Shown piece after piece: positions 10,451 through 21,784 of a DNA stretch of 37,863 nucleotides. The DNA is from Octopus bimaculoides (taxonomy: Eukaryota). A model generated the notes under the pieces. It had not been told where the DNA came from. It saw only the letters and a list, made by a program, of their open reading frames with translations, and ran no database searches. The number at the start of each line of letters is the position of its first letter. The stretch's first letter is position 1. The stretch spans positions 36,345,033-36,382,895 of the forward strand of contig NC_069001.1 of assembly GCF_001194135.2 (NCBI RefSeq), in the 5' to 3' direction. Position numbers and translations under genes: made by a program.

Positions 10451-10467
10451 CAATCAAAAGTCCTGCA

Positions 10468-10538
10468 GTGGATTTGTTTGACTAAAGGTGGTGCTCCAGC
10501 ATGGCCACAGTCAAATGACTAAAACCAATAAAAGAATA
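10468..10538 (+). mobile_element. SINE family B 3' tail fragment
   Basis: GATTTGTTTGACTAAAGGTGGTGCTCCAGCATGGCCACAGTCAAATGACT; matches the reverse complement of ~18690-18760. Confidence 0.8.
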
Positions 10539-10690
10539 TATGTATATTTGAATTTGAATAGCAATTTCTTTTGTATGGAAGGACAAAAGCAATTCATGTT
10601 GATAGTCAAGACTCTCCAAGACATTCCTACATTGATGGTTCCATCTTTCCCTGCTTAACCAACAACATGGTAACCTCAGGACTTTATTAA

Positions 10691-10746
10691 CCAATGTGTC
10701 CTTCCTTTTTCTAAAACCAGGAGATTGGCTACTATTTCTAACAAGC
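10691..10746 (-). repeat. Unclassified old interspersed repeat fragment, related to 21236-21312
   Basis: Shared TAG..A.AGTAGCCAA.TC and GGAAGGACA motifs in the same order. Confidence 0.4.
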
Positions 10747-12054
10747 TGCACTACCACATACTATCTCACTCGTTCACTCACTCGCTGTTGTTGACTAATG
10801 CATTGTGGAATAGAGAGTTCTGTAAACTGTTCACTTCCCATAAACGATTCCTGAAATTCAGGTCTGAATTCCTTGTTGCAGTTCTTTCACTTCTTCAGCT
10901 CCGCTTCTTATTAAATACCTTTGTAAAAGGCATTAACACCACCACATCAATTATTCCCTCTGTTTGTGATGTCAGGACCAATTACCATCTGTGTATGGAT
11001 ATTTTTGATTAGAAAATGGTTTGCTTTATTATTCAGGGAAAATGGGTCTTGTGTGTGTGTGTGCATGTGTCTTTTTGTGTTGCATGTGTATCTGTGCATG
11101 CATTTGTATATTTGTATATTTGTGTGAGTGTGTGTGCATGTGTGTGTACTTGTACGTGTGTGTGTGTCTCAGGTAATATACCTTATCAAAGACAACACCG
11201 TTCTTACTGAAATAGCATCAAGAAGGAACAACGAAGGAACACAGAGACACACGCACGCACACACACACACATGCACAAAAATAAAAGCAATTTTAATCAA
11301 CAGCATATTCCCCTGATTCTACGACACAGTGCCATAAAGGAAAAAAAATAATAATTAATCCTCCAAAAATGGTGATTCCATCACCAAAGTACTGTGTAGA
11401 GTTGATTGATTGAATGCCAACCAAAACAAAAACACAAAAAATGCAAACAACAACAACAACAAAAAATTCAAGATAAAACCAAAGATTTCTGGATCTTATT
11501 TATTTTACTTTTCCACCTTTTTTTTTTCTTTTTTTGCCAATCAGTTGTAGAGAAATGACTCGTGGTTAGCTCTACGGGATTATATTCTTCACCATTTGCA
11601 AAGACTAAAAGCAAGTGTTAAATCAAAAGCACACACACACTGTGTGTGTGTGTGTGTATTTTGGTTCAATTTGTTCCAGTGAAGGAATCGCTTCCTGCTG
11701 TTAATCAAGCTTGATGTTCTTCTAGATTTTCTTGATTTCAGTTTAGTGCAACAAAACGAATGAGGTTTGGTCCAAAATATTCTTGGAAACTAAAACGAAA
11801 ATTATTGATTAAAAACACAAGAACAGCATCATTGACAATATCAACAACAGCAACTGCAATAATGGTGTTAATGATAATTATCATTATTATCATTATCATT
11901 ATTAGTCAGAGTTTTTTTGTCACACATGATTTTCTGTTTCTTGTGTGTTTTCTTCTCTCTGGTTTTGTTCTGTTTATTCCATTTTGTCTCTGACAAATAA
12001 ACTAATAATAATAATAATAATGGTTTCGAATTTTGGCACAATATATATACTACA

Positions 12055-12208
12055 GGCTTCTTTCAATTTCCGTCTACCAAATCAACTCACAAGGCTTAGG
12101 TCTGATGCTATAGTAGAAGATACTTACCCAAGGTGCCATGCTATGAAACTGAACCCAGAGCCATGCAATTGGGAAGCAAACTTCTTACCACCCAGCCTCA
12201 CCTGTGCC
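12055..12208 (-). mobile_element. SINE family B, 5' half
   Basis: GGCTTCTTTCAATTTCCGTCTACCAAATC...CCCAAGGTGCCA...GGGAAGCAAACTTCTTACC. Confidence 0.85.
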
Positions 12209-12981
12209 TGTATTCTCCATTGTTATTGAGAAAAAGTGTGAACTAGTGCAGGCAGGAAAGCTTGGTCTTGCTGATGGCCACAATATCCGAATTTTAGTGA
12301 CCTGAGGTCATTAAGCAAATGAAGGATGACCTTGCATCCCTGGTTGACCTAAGACCCCTGTAATTGAAGAACCAGTCCTTAGTAACACAGCTATATTGGA
12401 CAAAGAAAAGGAGAGAGAGAGAGAGAGAGAGAGAGCAAAAGATAATTTAGTTTGGACTCAAAATAATATCAATAATAACGATCGCACATTTCTCATGTAA
12501 TTTTACTCAGCCTATTATGGCAAATAGCTATTATGTCTGGGAAATGAAGAAAATGGAGCTAAAAAGGAAATATTTTTTTAACACAGAAAGAGTAACAGAA
12601 AAATAAATAGTTATTGGTCTTTGACAAAAAAAAAATATTGAAAAGACAAAAAGCAAACAATAGTGAAGAATCTGAAAGAAAATGGCTGGGTTTTTTTTTT
12701 TTTTTTTTTACCTTTCAGAGAGAAGTGATGGTGTTTGGGGTTGGAATTGTTCAGTAAATGTCATTAGTTTAAATGTCATCAAATTAATTATTTTAAAATA
12801 TACATGTAATAAGTTGTAGAGTAAAACAAAAACAAAAAGAGAGAAAATAGAATGTTTTTCATCAATCTTGACATAAACATAATGGATAACTAATTTAAAT
12901 AATTGGAAATTTATAAATATTCTCCTTCAATCTATCTTAATACAATTATAACATTTCTTAACCAATATTAACACGAAATTC

Positions 12982-13195
12982 GGCAATGAGTGGACAGAAC
13001 TATTAACACACCTGATCAAACGAAGAGCAGCATTTTGTCCACCTTTATGGTCTGAGTTCAAATTCCATCGCAATCAATTTTGCCTTTCATCCTTTCGGGG
13101 TCGATAAAATAAGTACCTGTTGGACACTGGGGTCAATCTAATCGACTCATCCCCCTCCTCTAAAATTGCTATTCTTGTGCCAAAATTTGAAACCA
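12982..13195 (+). mobile_element. SINE family A, full length
   Basis: GAGTTCAAATTCC, TTTGCCTTTCATCCTTTCGGGGTCGATAAAATAAGTACC, TGCCAAAATTTGAAACCA. Confidence 0.9.
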
Positions 13196-13199
13196 GTGT

Positions 13200-13520
13200 G
13201 AACATAAAATTGATATAATCTAACCAACCTTAACAGAAAGATATGTATTCTCAAACCGGTCTTAACACAAATATACTCGATATTACTCATCTAATATTCT
13301 CACAAAATTCTATTCTCAAACCAGGTTTAACAGAATAAAAATAATATACGTTGTCAAACCAGTCTTAAATAAATATAATAGATATTATTTAACCAATATG
13401 AACATAAAGATCGTTGATATTTTCTAACCAGTCTTAAGAGAAAAAAATAATACATATTCTCTAACCAATCTTAACAGAAAAAAAAAATATTCTCTAACCA
13501 ATCTTTCATCTTAACACTTA
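13200..13520. repeat. Degenerate AT-rich minisatellite (core ATTCTCTAACCAATCTTAACAGAAA)
   Basis: About 7-8 diverged copies of the core; one more copy at ~12953-12980. Confidence 0.7.
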
Positions 13521-13760
13521 AGAAAACTAGCGATAAGCACTTCTTGTCATTTTTGATCTCAATGATTCTTTTACTACTTTTAATGGAAACATTATCTAGG
13601 TAAAAAAAAATCCTCTAGAAGCTTCTATTTCCAGATAATCAAAGAACATTGAAATATATCATAACATAGATGGAATTGGTCATCTTTGAGAAGAACTTCA
13701 ATTTATTAGCTTTATAATTTTGCTACAGTGTTGGCTGCAAATATTCAATATTTGATACAT

Positions 13761-13909
13761 CTTTGCCTTTCATTCTTCTTGGTTCAACTTTGCCTTTCAT
13801 CCTTCCTGCATCAATTTTGCCTTACATTCTTCCTGGGTCAGCTTCACTTTCCATCTTTCCTGGGTCAACGTTACCTTCCTCGTTCAGCTTTACTATTCAT
13901 CCTTTTCAG
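13761..13909 (+). repeat. 27-bp tandem repeat derived from the SINE A core
   Basis: Units at 13761, 13788, 13815, 13842 (27 nt each), 13869 (19 nt) and 13888; consensus CTTTGCCTTTCATCCTTCCTGGGTCAA. Confidence 0.85.
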
Positions 13910-13965
13910 CCAGGTAGACGTGCCTGTGCAGTGCTATCTAAAATCAAGAGTAAAATATATTCTTT

Positions 13966-14104
13966 AAAGTGGTTGGCATTAGGAAGGGCATCCAGCTGTT
14001 GAAGCCATGCCAAAACAGGCTGGGGCCTGGGGCAGCTCCCCAGCTTGCCAGCCCTGGTCAAACCATCCAACCCATGTCAGCATGAACAATGAACATTAAT
14101 GATC
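13966..14104 (+). mobile_element. Family C 3' part
   Basis: GTGGTTGGCATTAGGAAGGGCATCCAGCTG...CCATCCAACCCATG. Confidence 0.85.
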
Positions 14105-14121
14105 ATCATCATCATTTAATG

Positions 14122-14500
14122 TCTATAAATATATATATAATGGGTAATGGTGTCTCAGTATGTGTTTAAGGTTACTCTAACTCTTCCCACAACGTCCAAC
14201 CGATTTTAATGATTTTTGGCACATAGGTAGATCACATGCCCTGAAGTTCAAATAAGGCCTGAATTTTTCGATAATTCAATAATGCTCAGTTGGCATTGTT
14301 ATTTTGTGAGCTCAGTCGGGCATTTGAACGGTAATTCCTATAACAACGTTATTTTTCCTGCAGTTTTTGCATTTTTTCACCTGTAAAACTTCAACAAAAT
14401 CAACAGAATAGTCTCTAAGGAAATGCTTATTCAATACAAGGTCAGAGGTGGGCGTAACTTCAACATGGAAAACATGAGCAATGCTGGGTCCAACAGCTAG
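14122..14500 (+). mobile_element. Probable non-autonomous Helitron
   Basis: 5' TCTATA..., internal CCGATTTTAATGATTTTTGGCACATAG, 3' GCTG..CAGC weak hairpin followed by CTAG|T; the 5' flank is G rather than the expected A. Confidence 0.5.
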
Positions 14501-14649
14501 TATATATATATATGCATATATATAAATATATATCAAGGGCAAGCAAGTACATATACAAGTCGCCAACATGCTATAAAAAGACGCCAATGTCTAAAATCTA
14601 CCTTATGATATCACCATAAAGTATAAGCACATGTCGTACTTGTGCAAAG

Positions 14650-14664
14650 AAATGAAACACATTC

Positions 14665-14699
<35 letters not shown>

Positions 14700-15109
14700 T
14701 ACATATACAGAGAGAGAGTTGTTGCAATGTAGTCAATGTATTGTAATATACTGTTTCTGTAAGGTATGTCATGGTTGGAAGACATATTGGTTGTCTATTG
14801 TAAATAAATCCTTTTTTTCTCACAACACTATCACATGCACACACACACATGCATTTACATGCATACAACCATCTTGCACACAAACACACACACACACACA
14901 CTCACAAATACTCATATCCCCATACATACTACACCACACACACACACACACACATAGAGGTCTCTCTCTTTCTCTCTTTCTCTCTCTCAAGCAAATTTTC
15001 AGAAAATAGCTTTTTCTTTTCTTTTGCAGGTAATCTCTTGAAGAAGGCTTCACATTTTTTTAACAGATAATTTGGGTACATGGAGTGATGTGTGTGTCTG
15101 TGTGTGTGT

Positions 15110-15148
<39 letters not shown>

Positions 15149-15290
15149 CACACACATATATACACACATGCACACATATATATAGATGGATGGATGGATA
15201 TGTATATAGGTATATCTATATATCTATATATATAGATAGATAGATATATATTCATATATATATATATGTAAATATATACATACACACGTG

Positions 15291-15354
<64 letters not shown>

Positions 15355-15430
15355 TATATATGTTTATATTTACATATATTTATATGTTTAAATATCTATA
15401 CATCTACATATATGTATGTAAATATTTGTG
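14650..15430. repeat. Compound (TA)n/(CA)n/(GA)n microsatellite field with a short unique island at ~14990-15090
   Basis: Visible dinucleotide runs. Confidence 0.85.
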
Positions 15431-16189
15431 TGTGTATAAAAGTGTTTCCAAATACCAATATAGCTTCATTATGGAGAACTATAATTCTTCCGCAGAGCCA
15501 AAATTGGTAAAAGAATATTTTGGTTGGTTTTGGTTGCTGGAAGACTTAGGAAGAAAGATACTCTTCAAATAAATAGAAAATGTTCTCAGCTCGCAATTAA
15601 TTCCAGCCAAAGTTTTGGTTTTGTTTCCTTCCAGCAAACTGTAATTATATAATTCACTATCAACTCCCATGCTACGACAAACCACTGACTGTACTTCACA
15701 ATATATATTTAGAAAATAACACAGAAAGATATGAATTTTGTAGAGAGGGACATGGGCAATTAAATGGGGGCCCCCAGAACATATCTGGTACTAAAAATAT
15801 AGGTTTCTAAGGCAATGTACATACAAAGGAGCCAAGTTTGTTTGAAGGACTACAGTTGATTAAACTGAACCCTGCTACTTAACTAGTTCCGAAAATGTAG
15901 AATTCTAAGGTAAGGTTTCTATGGGAACCAATTTTGTAGGGCATGGGTACAGTTGATTAAATTGGGCCCCTATACTTCCAAATTACTTTTTTCCACATTT
16001 GAAAAAAAAAAAAAGAATAGGGGCCAACGATTATATGACCCCCTCCCTTTCTTTAAGGCATAAAGCCACAACATTCAATATGACCTGCTTTTTTCCTTTT
16101 CTTTCTTTTTGTAGATGGCAGGATACAATTTGAGGGATTTGCAGCTGTTATTTCTAGCACCGCTAGTGACTGCATAGAGGTTTCCCAGC

Positions 16190-16960
16190 AGTAGTAGTAG
16201 CAGTAGTTCTGGTGGTGGTGGTTCAAATAATAGTAATGATCATAGTGAAGGTGGTGGTGGTGGTGGTGGTAACAGTAGTAGTAGCAGCAGCAGTAACAGC
16301 AGCAAACAAACAAATAAAAATGAGAGTATCGATGCTTTGTGCCCACAACATGGTTTCTTACGAATTACCTCTGCAGTGTTTGTGTGCGTGCGTGTGTATG
16401 TGTGTGCGTGTATGTGTGTGTGTGTGTTTGCCATCATCATTATCATCCTCATCATAGCCATTTCAGTCACCTTCATATACTGCTGTCATCATCATCATCA
16501 TCATCATCATCATCAGCTGGAAGTGCACGTGAGGAATTGAAGTTACTGTTATGATATAATATCTAAAAATAGACTTCCCTCTTCGTCATCTACAGCATGT
16601 GTGTGTGTGTGTGTGTGATTTCCTGTCATTCATATATATATATATATATATATGTACTTGTATACCTGTGTGTGTGGAATACCTGTGTGTGGAATACCTG
16701 TGTGTGTGTGGAATACCTGTGTGTGTAGATGTATAAAAAGATGTGTGTATGCATGTATGTACATATGTATGTATCATGTGTGCTTCTATAAATATGTATG
16801 TGTAATATGTGTGTGTGTATATATATACATACACATACATGCACACACAAACATAAATATATACATACATACATATGTGTATGTCTATATATTTGCTCAT
16901 ATATATCTTAGCACATATACACACGTGTGTGAGTGTATATATATATATATATATATATAT
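16190..16960. repeat. Compound (AGT/GGT/AGC/ATC)n and (TG/TA)n tracts; TACCTG(TG)nGAA tandem at ~16660-16725
   Basis: Visible runs; four TACCTGTGTGTG starts. Confidence 0.85.
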
Positions 16961-17182
16961 ATGACCCTATTTGCATTATACTTGATATTCTTTAATAAAA
17001 GCTATCCAGTTCTTTCACGTTTTCTCTCTCTCCCTCCCCTCCCTCCCCCCTCTCTTTCTTTCTTTCTTTCTTTCTTTTAACATCTCTCTATTAATCAGAA
17101 TACATTGATAATAACTAAGTGTTAATTAGAAAAAAAAATCATTTGAAAATTTCATCCTTGAAAATATATTCACCTACATACA

Positions 17183-17214
<32 letters not shown>

Positions 17215-17307
17215 TTTTATTAGTATTTTATTAGGGTTGTAAGTTGGGGGAACTGTTAGAGCTTTAGAAAGATTTGCCTTGTATTTGTACCTGCTCTTTA
17301 TATTGTG

Positions 17308-17423
17308 ATTTCAAATCCTGTCAAAGGCAACTTTGACTTTCATCCCACCAGGGTCAGTAAAAAATAAAGTGCCATTCAAGAGCTGAGCTTGAAATTGGTA
17401 GCCTTGTACCCAAATCAGAAACC
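17308..17423 (+). mobile_element. Degraded SINE family A fragment
   Basis: TTCAAATCC...AACTTTGACTTTCATCC...GCCTTGTACCCAAATCAGAAACC. Confidence 0.6.
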
Positions 17424-17440
17424 CTTAATATTATTGTTAT

Positions 17441-17984
17441 TGAGTGAGAGAGCAGTGTGTGCCATCAAAATGAGACTGGGGTAAAATATACAAAGCCCAT
17501 TATACCCATCATGACTACTCGTCTGATAAGGGTACACCAGGCACATGCATCACAACCATATGTGCATGACATGGTGATCTCATATCAAGATAAACAGCGC
17601 ATGACCTTGCAGGTGGGGCCCAGTTAGAATTTTCCTTGAGTTAAGTAGCCCGTCCCACTCAAAAGGTCCCTGAATAAGAATTGTTTTAGGATGTTGAATG
17701 AAATACCCATGTTTCCAGAGGTGAACTATCCAAACCCCAAAGAATTCATTTCAACACATGGCTATGATGCTCCCCCACTACTCCTGCTCATGATCAGAGA
17801 TGCACATATCGTCAGCCACCAAGGGACATACTCAACTGGTTAAGGTCAAACAACTGACAAGCAAATCTGTGGTATTGAGCAGAATATTTGCTGTAGCCCA
17901 TCTTTTATACCAAGACAGAATATGTACATGACAACACTCTCAATCAGTTAAGTTCAGAAGCCATGAGAGCCACTGCCTGGTACT
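17441..17984 (-). mobile_element. ~550-bp retroposon (non-autonomous or LINE 3' UTR), copy 1
   Basis: Colinear with 35282-35792 over ~500 bp; ends in an (AAT)n-like tail on the minus strand. Confidence 0.85.
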
Positions 17985-18106
17985 AATTATTATTATTATT
18001 ATTATTATTGAACACTGTTCCTTCTCCTAAAATTTCAGGCCTTGTGCCAATAGCAGAAAGGATTATTATTATTATTATTACCATCATCATCATCATCATT
18101 ATTATT

Positions 18107-18280
18107 AAGGCTGAATGCAGTAAGCTGGCAGAATTGTTAGCACACCAAACAAAATGCTTAGCAGTATTTCGTCCATCTTTACGTTCTNNNNNNNNNNACC
18201 AGTGAAACACTGGGGTTGGTGTAACCAGTTAACCCCACTTCCTACAAATTTCAGGCTTTGTGCCTATAACAGAATGGATT
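18107..18280 (+). mobile_element. SINE family A, interrupted by a 10-N gap
   Basis: AGCTGGCAGAATTGTTAGCAC head and TTGTGCCTATAACAGAA tail; a separate 3' fragment lies at 18009-18065. Confidence 0.8.
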
Positions 18281-18676
18281 ATTATTAGTAGTAGTAGTAA
18301 ACTGTGAAGTAATCCTTTGGTGTTTGTGACAACGTAAACGGAAGTGGGTCTCCCAGAGGGTTGTGTTTGTGTGATGGTTGAGAAGAGTATCGAACGGTGT
18401 CTGTGTGTCTCTGTGTTTTATTGAATACAAACATTGAATTCAATAATTAACACCATTCATACGGTTCCTCAGTGCTTGCTTCCAGTGTTTGGTGCATCAA
18501 TAATTCTCAGGATGACGGAATGGTGCTGTCTGCAGAGTAACAGAGACAAAAATACCTTGATGTATTTCGTTTATGATCCTCTTCCTGTTCTGGGTTCAAA
18601 TCTCACCAAGGGTGTGTTGAGATTTTCGGGTTTTTTTTTCTTTCTTTCTTTCTTTTTGTTTCCTTCCTGCATTGTC

Positions 18677-18870
18677 TTTTATTCTCTTACTTGTTTCAGT
18701 CATTTGACCGTGGCCATGCTGGGGCACTGCCTTGAAGGGTTTTAGTCCAACAAATCGACCCTTGGACTTATTTTTTAAAGCCTAGTACTTATTCTATCGA
18801 TATCTTTTGCTGAACTGCTAAGTGACAGGGGACATAAACACACTGCCACCAGTTAAGCAATAGTGGGAGA

Positions 18871-18911
<41 letters not shown>

Positions 18912-19073
18912 ACATATATATATATACAACGGGCTTCTTTCAGTTTCCCTCTACCCAATCCACTCACAAGGCTTTGGTCAGCTTGAGGCGTTAGTGGAAG
19001 ACACTCGCCCATGCAGTGGTTCTGAACCCAGAACCATGTGTTTGGGAAGCAAGCTTCTTTCCACACAGCCATG
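18677..19073 (-). mobile_element. SINE family B, full length
   Basis: All family B modules in order, with internal (AC)n. Confidence 0.9.
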
Positions 19074-19699
19074 AAATGAAGTACCAGTAATATCTGGAGT
19101 TCTACTTCAATCGACTGCCTAGTAATTTCTAATGAACTCACAAGGTAATTTCTTCTTGGTATCTGAGAACCAGCTAGAAATAACAGTTAAATCTCTCTCA
19201 AAACATATGCTGCTCTTGTGGTTCAGAATGACATTGTCGGGCGGGTGTAAGAGGCTGAATCTGGTTGGTCTGAGCATAAAACATGGTACAATATTTGGGG
19301 CCTGCTACAACCAGTTTCAATGTTGAAGGTTTTAAAGTCAATCAATACCAATGCCGGGAAGAGTGTTGTGTACTTTAAGCATAAGAGGAACCAAGTGTCA
19401 GGGTTGCAGAGACATTAAAGACCACATTTCTATGTAAACTTTGCTCCACCAGCTCTCGTTGACTAAATAATTATTGATTCACCATTGAAAAATTGAATAG
19501 ATCCAATTTTGGTTTAGGTTCCAAGTTTGTATGTTTGAGTGTTTTTTTTAATTTTTTTTTTATTTTTTGTTTGCTTCTTTTTGTTTGTTTGTGTTTTTTT
19601 TCTTTTTATTTCCTGTTCCATTCAATTTTACATAAATATTGCTTATTAGAATCTTGCTAAGCTGACAAATTTTCTGGCCTATTCAAAGACTCTGGTATT

Positions 19700-20090
19700 C
19701 ATATATACATACATACAAACATACGTATGTCTACCCCCATACACGCATGCAGGCATACATACGTACATACGCAAACTTGTGGACTTACACGTGCACACAC
19801 AAGCATACTTACATATGCATACTCACACACACAAACACACATACATATACATACACGTCTGCATATTTGCACAGGCATACACGCATTCATATAAACACAC
19901 TGATACACATACATACATACATTCATGCACACTCACGCATACGCATACATACACACATACATCAATACACGCATACATACACATGCACCCATGCATACAC
20001 ACACATACATCCATACCCACTTACACACTCATATTTTCACATCCATACACATGCACCCATACATTCATATACACACACATATGCACACGG
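19700..20090. repeat. Degenerate (CA/CATA)n microsatellite
   Basis: Visible; source of the His/Thr-rich ORFs. Confidence 0.9.
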
Positions 20091-20408
20091 TTATCTCTGT
20101 TCCTTTTAGCTTACTTCCATTAATGAGTTCAAATGCTGAATGTTACGTTATTCACACACAAGTTTCCATATAAAAATTTTCACAATTTACGTAAAATTTT
20201 ATACTATCAACCTTTTTTTATTTGGGTACTTATGTGGGTTTTATTCCAAATTATTATTAATAGTAATAATAATAATGATAATTTTGTTCTGAGTTTGACA
20301 AAGCTCCCCCGCTCCAAATTGCTGACCCCATGCCTTGACCAGAAATCATTATTATCAATTTTATTGTTGCTGTTGTTATAATTATTATTATTATTATTAT
20401 TATTATTC

Positions 20409-20553
20409 ACCTGTCGCCACGTTCTGAGTTCAAATTCTGCCGAGGTCATCCTTTTGGGGTCGATAAAATTAAGTACCAGTTGAACACTGGGGGTCAATGT
20501 AATCGATTACACCCCTCCCCCAAATTTCAGGCCTTGTGCCTATAACAGAAAGG

Positions 20554-20556
<3 letters not shown>
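20409..20556 (+). mobile_element. SINE family A, 5' truncated
   Basis: GAGTTCAAATTCTGCCGAGGTC, internal deletion in the core, then GGGGTCGATAAAATTAAGTACCAG...AGAAAGG(ATT)n. Confidence 0.85.
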
Positions 20557-20585
<29 letters not shown>

Positions 20586-21726
20586 AAATGTCTTCTTAAT
20601 TAAATTTCAATTCAAAACACGGAATCAGGGACAAGATTATGTGGGCCCTTCTCTCACCACCCACTCATCTCCTGACCCCCACACCTCAACCAAAATACAA
20701 CACGTTTTCTGGAACATGCTTTAGGTATCAATAGCAAATAATTATATAATGCAAGTTACGTAAACTTTCCATTCACCATGTGTGTATCTATATATACGTG
20801 TGTGTGTGTATATATATATATATAAATGTTTCTATACAGAGATGTATGAATAACATGTAATAAACATAATGTGTATGTTATATATATATAAGTGCATAAT
20901 TTATAAAATATACATATAAAACATATAGAATATGTAATATATTTAAATGTAATATATATAAATATGCTTGATATGTATAGTGTGTGTGTGTGTGTGTGTG
21001 TATGTGTGTACCTGCATGAGTGTGTTTCTGTGTGTGTGTGTAGGTAGGTTGGTTGGTATGTGGGTTGGCTGGTTGGCAGGTATGTATATGCACTCAGAGT
21101 TTTTAAAGCAAAATGCAGTTTACATTCCGTGTGCATGCAAAGTGGATGCATAAGGCATAAGTAAAGATTCTAGTTTCACGATTTGTACAGAAAGAGAGAG
21201 AGAGAGAATGAGTGAGCTGATGAGGTAACCGCCATGTGGTCATATGATCTGCTAGTAAGAGTAGCCAAATCCACCTAATTCCCACCTTGACTTCTTTGAA
21301 ATGGAAGGACATGCTAGATCTTGTTGCTCAAAATCTTTCTCTCTCTCTTTTTCTCTCTATCTCTTTTTCTCTCTCTCTCTCTTTACGGCATTGCACATAG
21401 AGAGAGAGACAGACAGACAGAGATGGTGAATTGCAGATACTTACCATGTTGATTGCTTTAATCAATCACATGAGCAAAATGTATTGATCTCTCCCATCTC
21501 ATGCAAAGATCATGAGCTTTGCCCATTCTTTAGATTCAAGGGAGAAAAAAGGGAGTTGAGATTTACAAGCCTCCATCAAGGTGAAGGTTGCAACACTGAC
21601 TTATCAAGTCTAAGTGCCGTGTTATAAAATTACTCTTTAACGTTTGGCTAATTATGCAGTTGTTGAACGTGTGTGTGTGTTTGTGTGTGAGCATTAATCT
21701 CATTTTGTAAATACCTTCTCTTTCTT

Positions 21727-21782
<56 letters not shown>

Positions 21783-21784
<2 letters not shown>

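Noticed and set aside
13761-13909. CRISPR-like regular repeats
   Set aside because: Head-to-tail units with no unique spacers, in eukaryotic DNA, and homologous to a SINE
20109-20137. 21-nt minus-strand microexon HLNSLME
   Set aside because: Weak pyrimidine tract, and it overlaps a GAGTTCAAAT SINE B-box-like relic
21437-21448. U1 snRNA 5' end (ATACTTACC)
   Set aside because: Similarity stops after 9 nt; better read as a minus-strand splice donor
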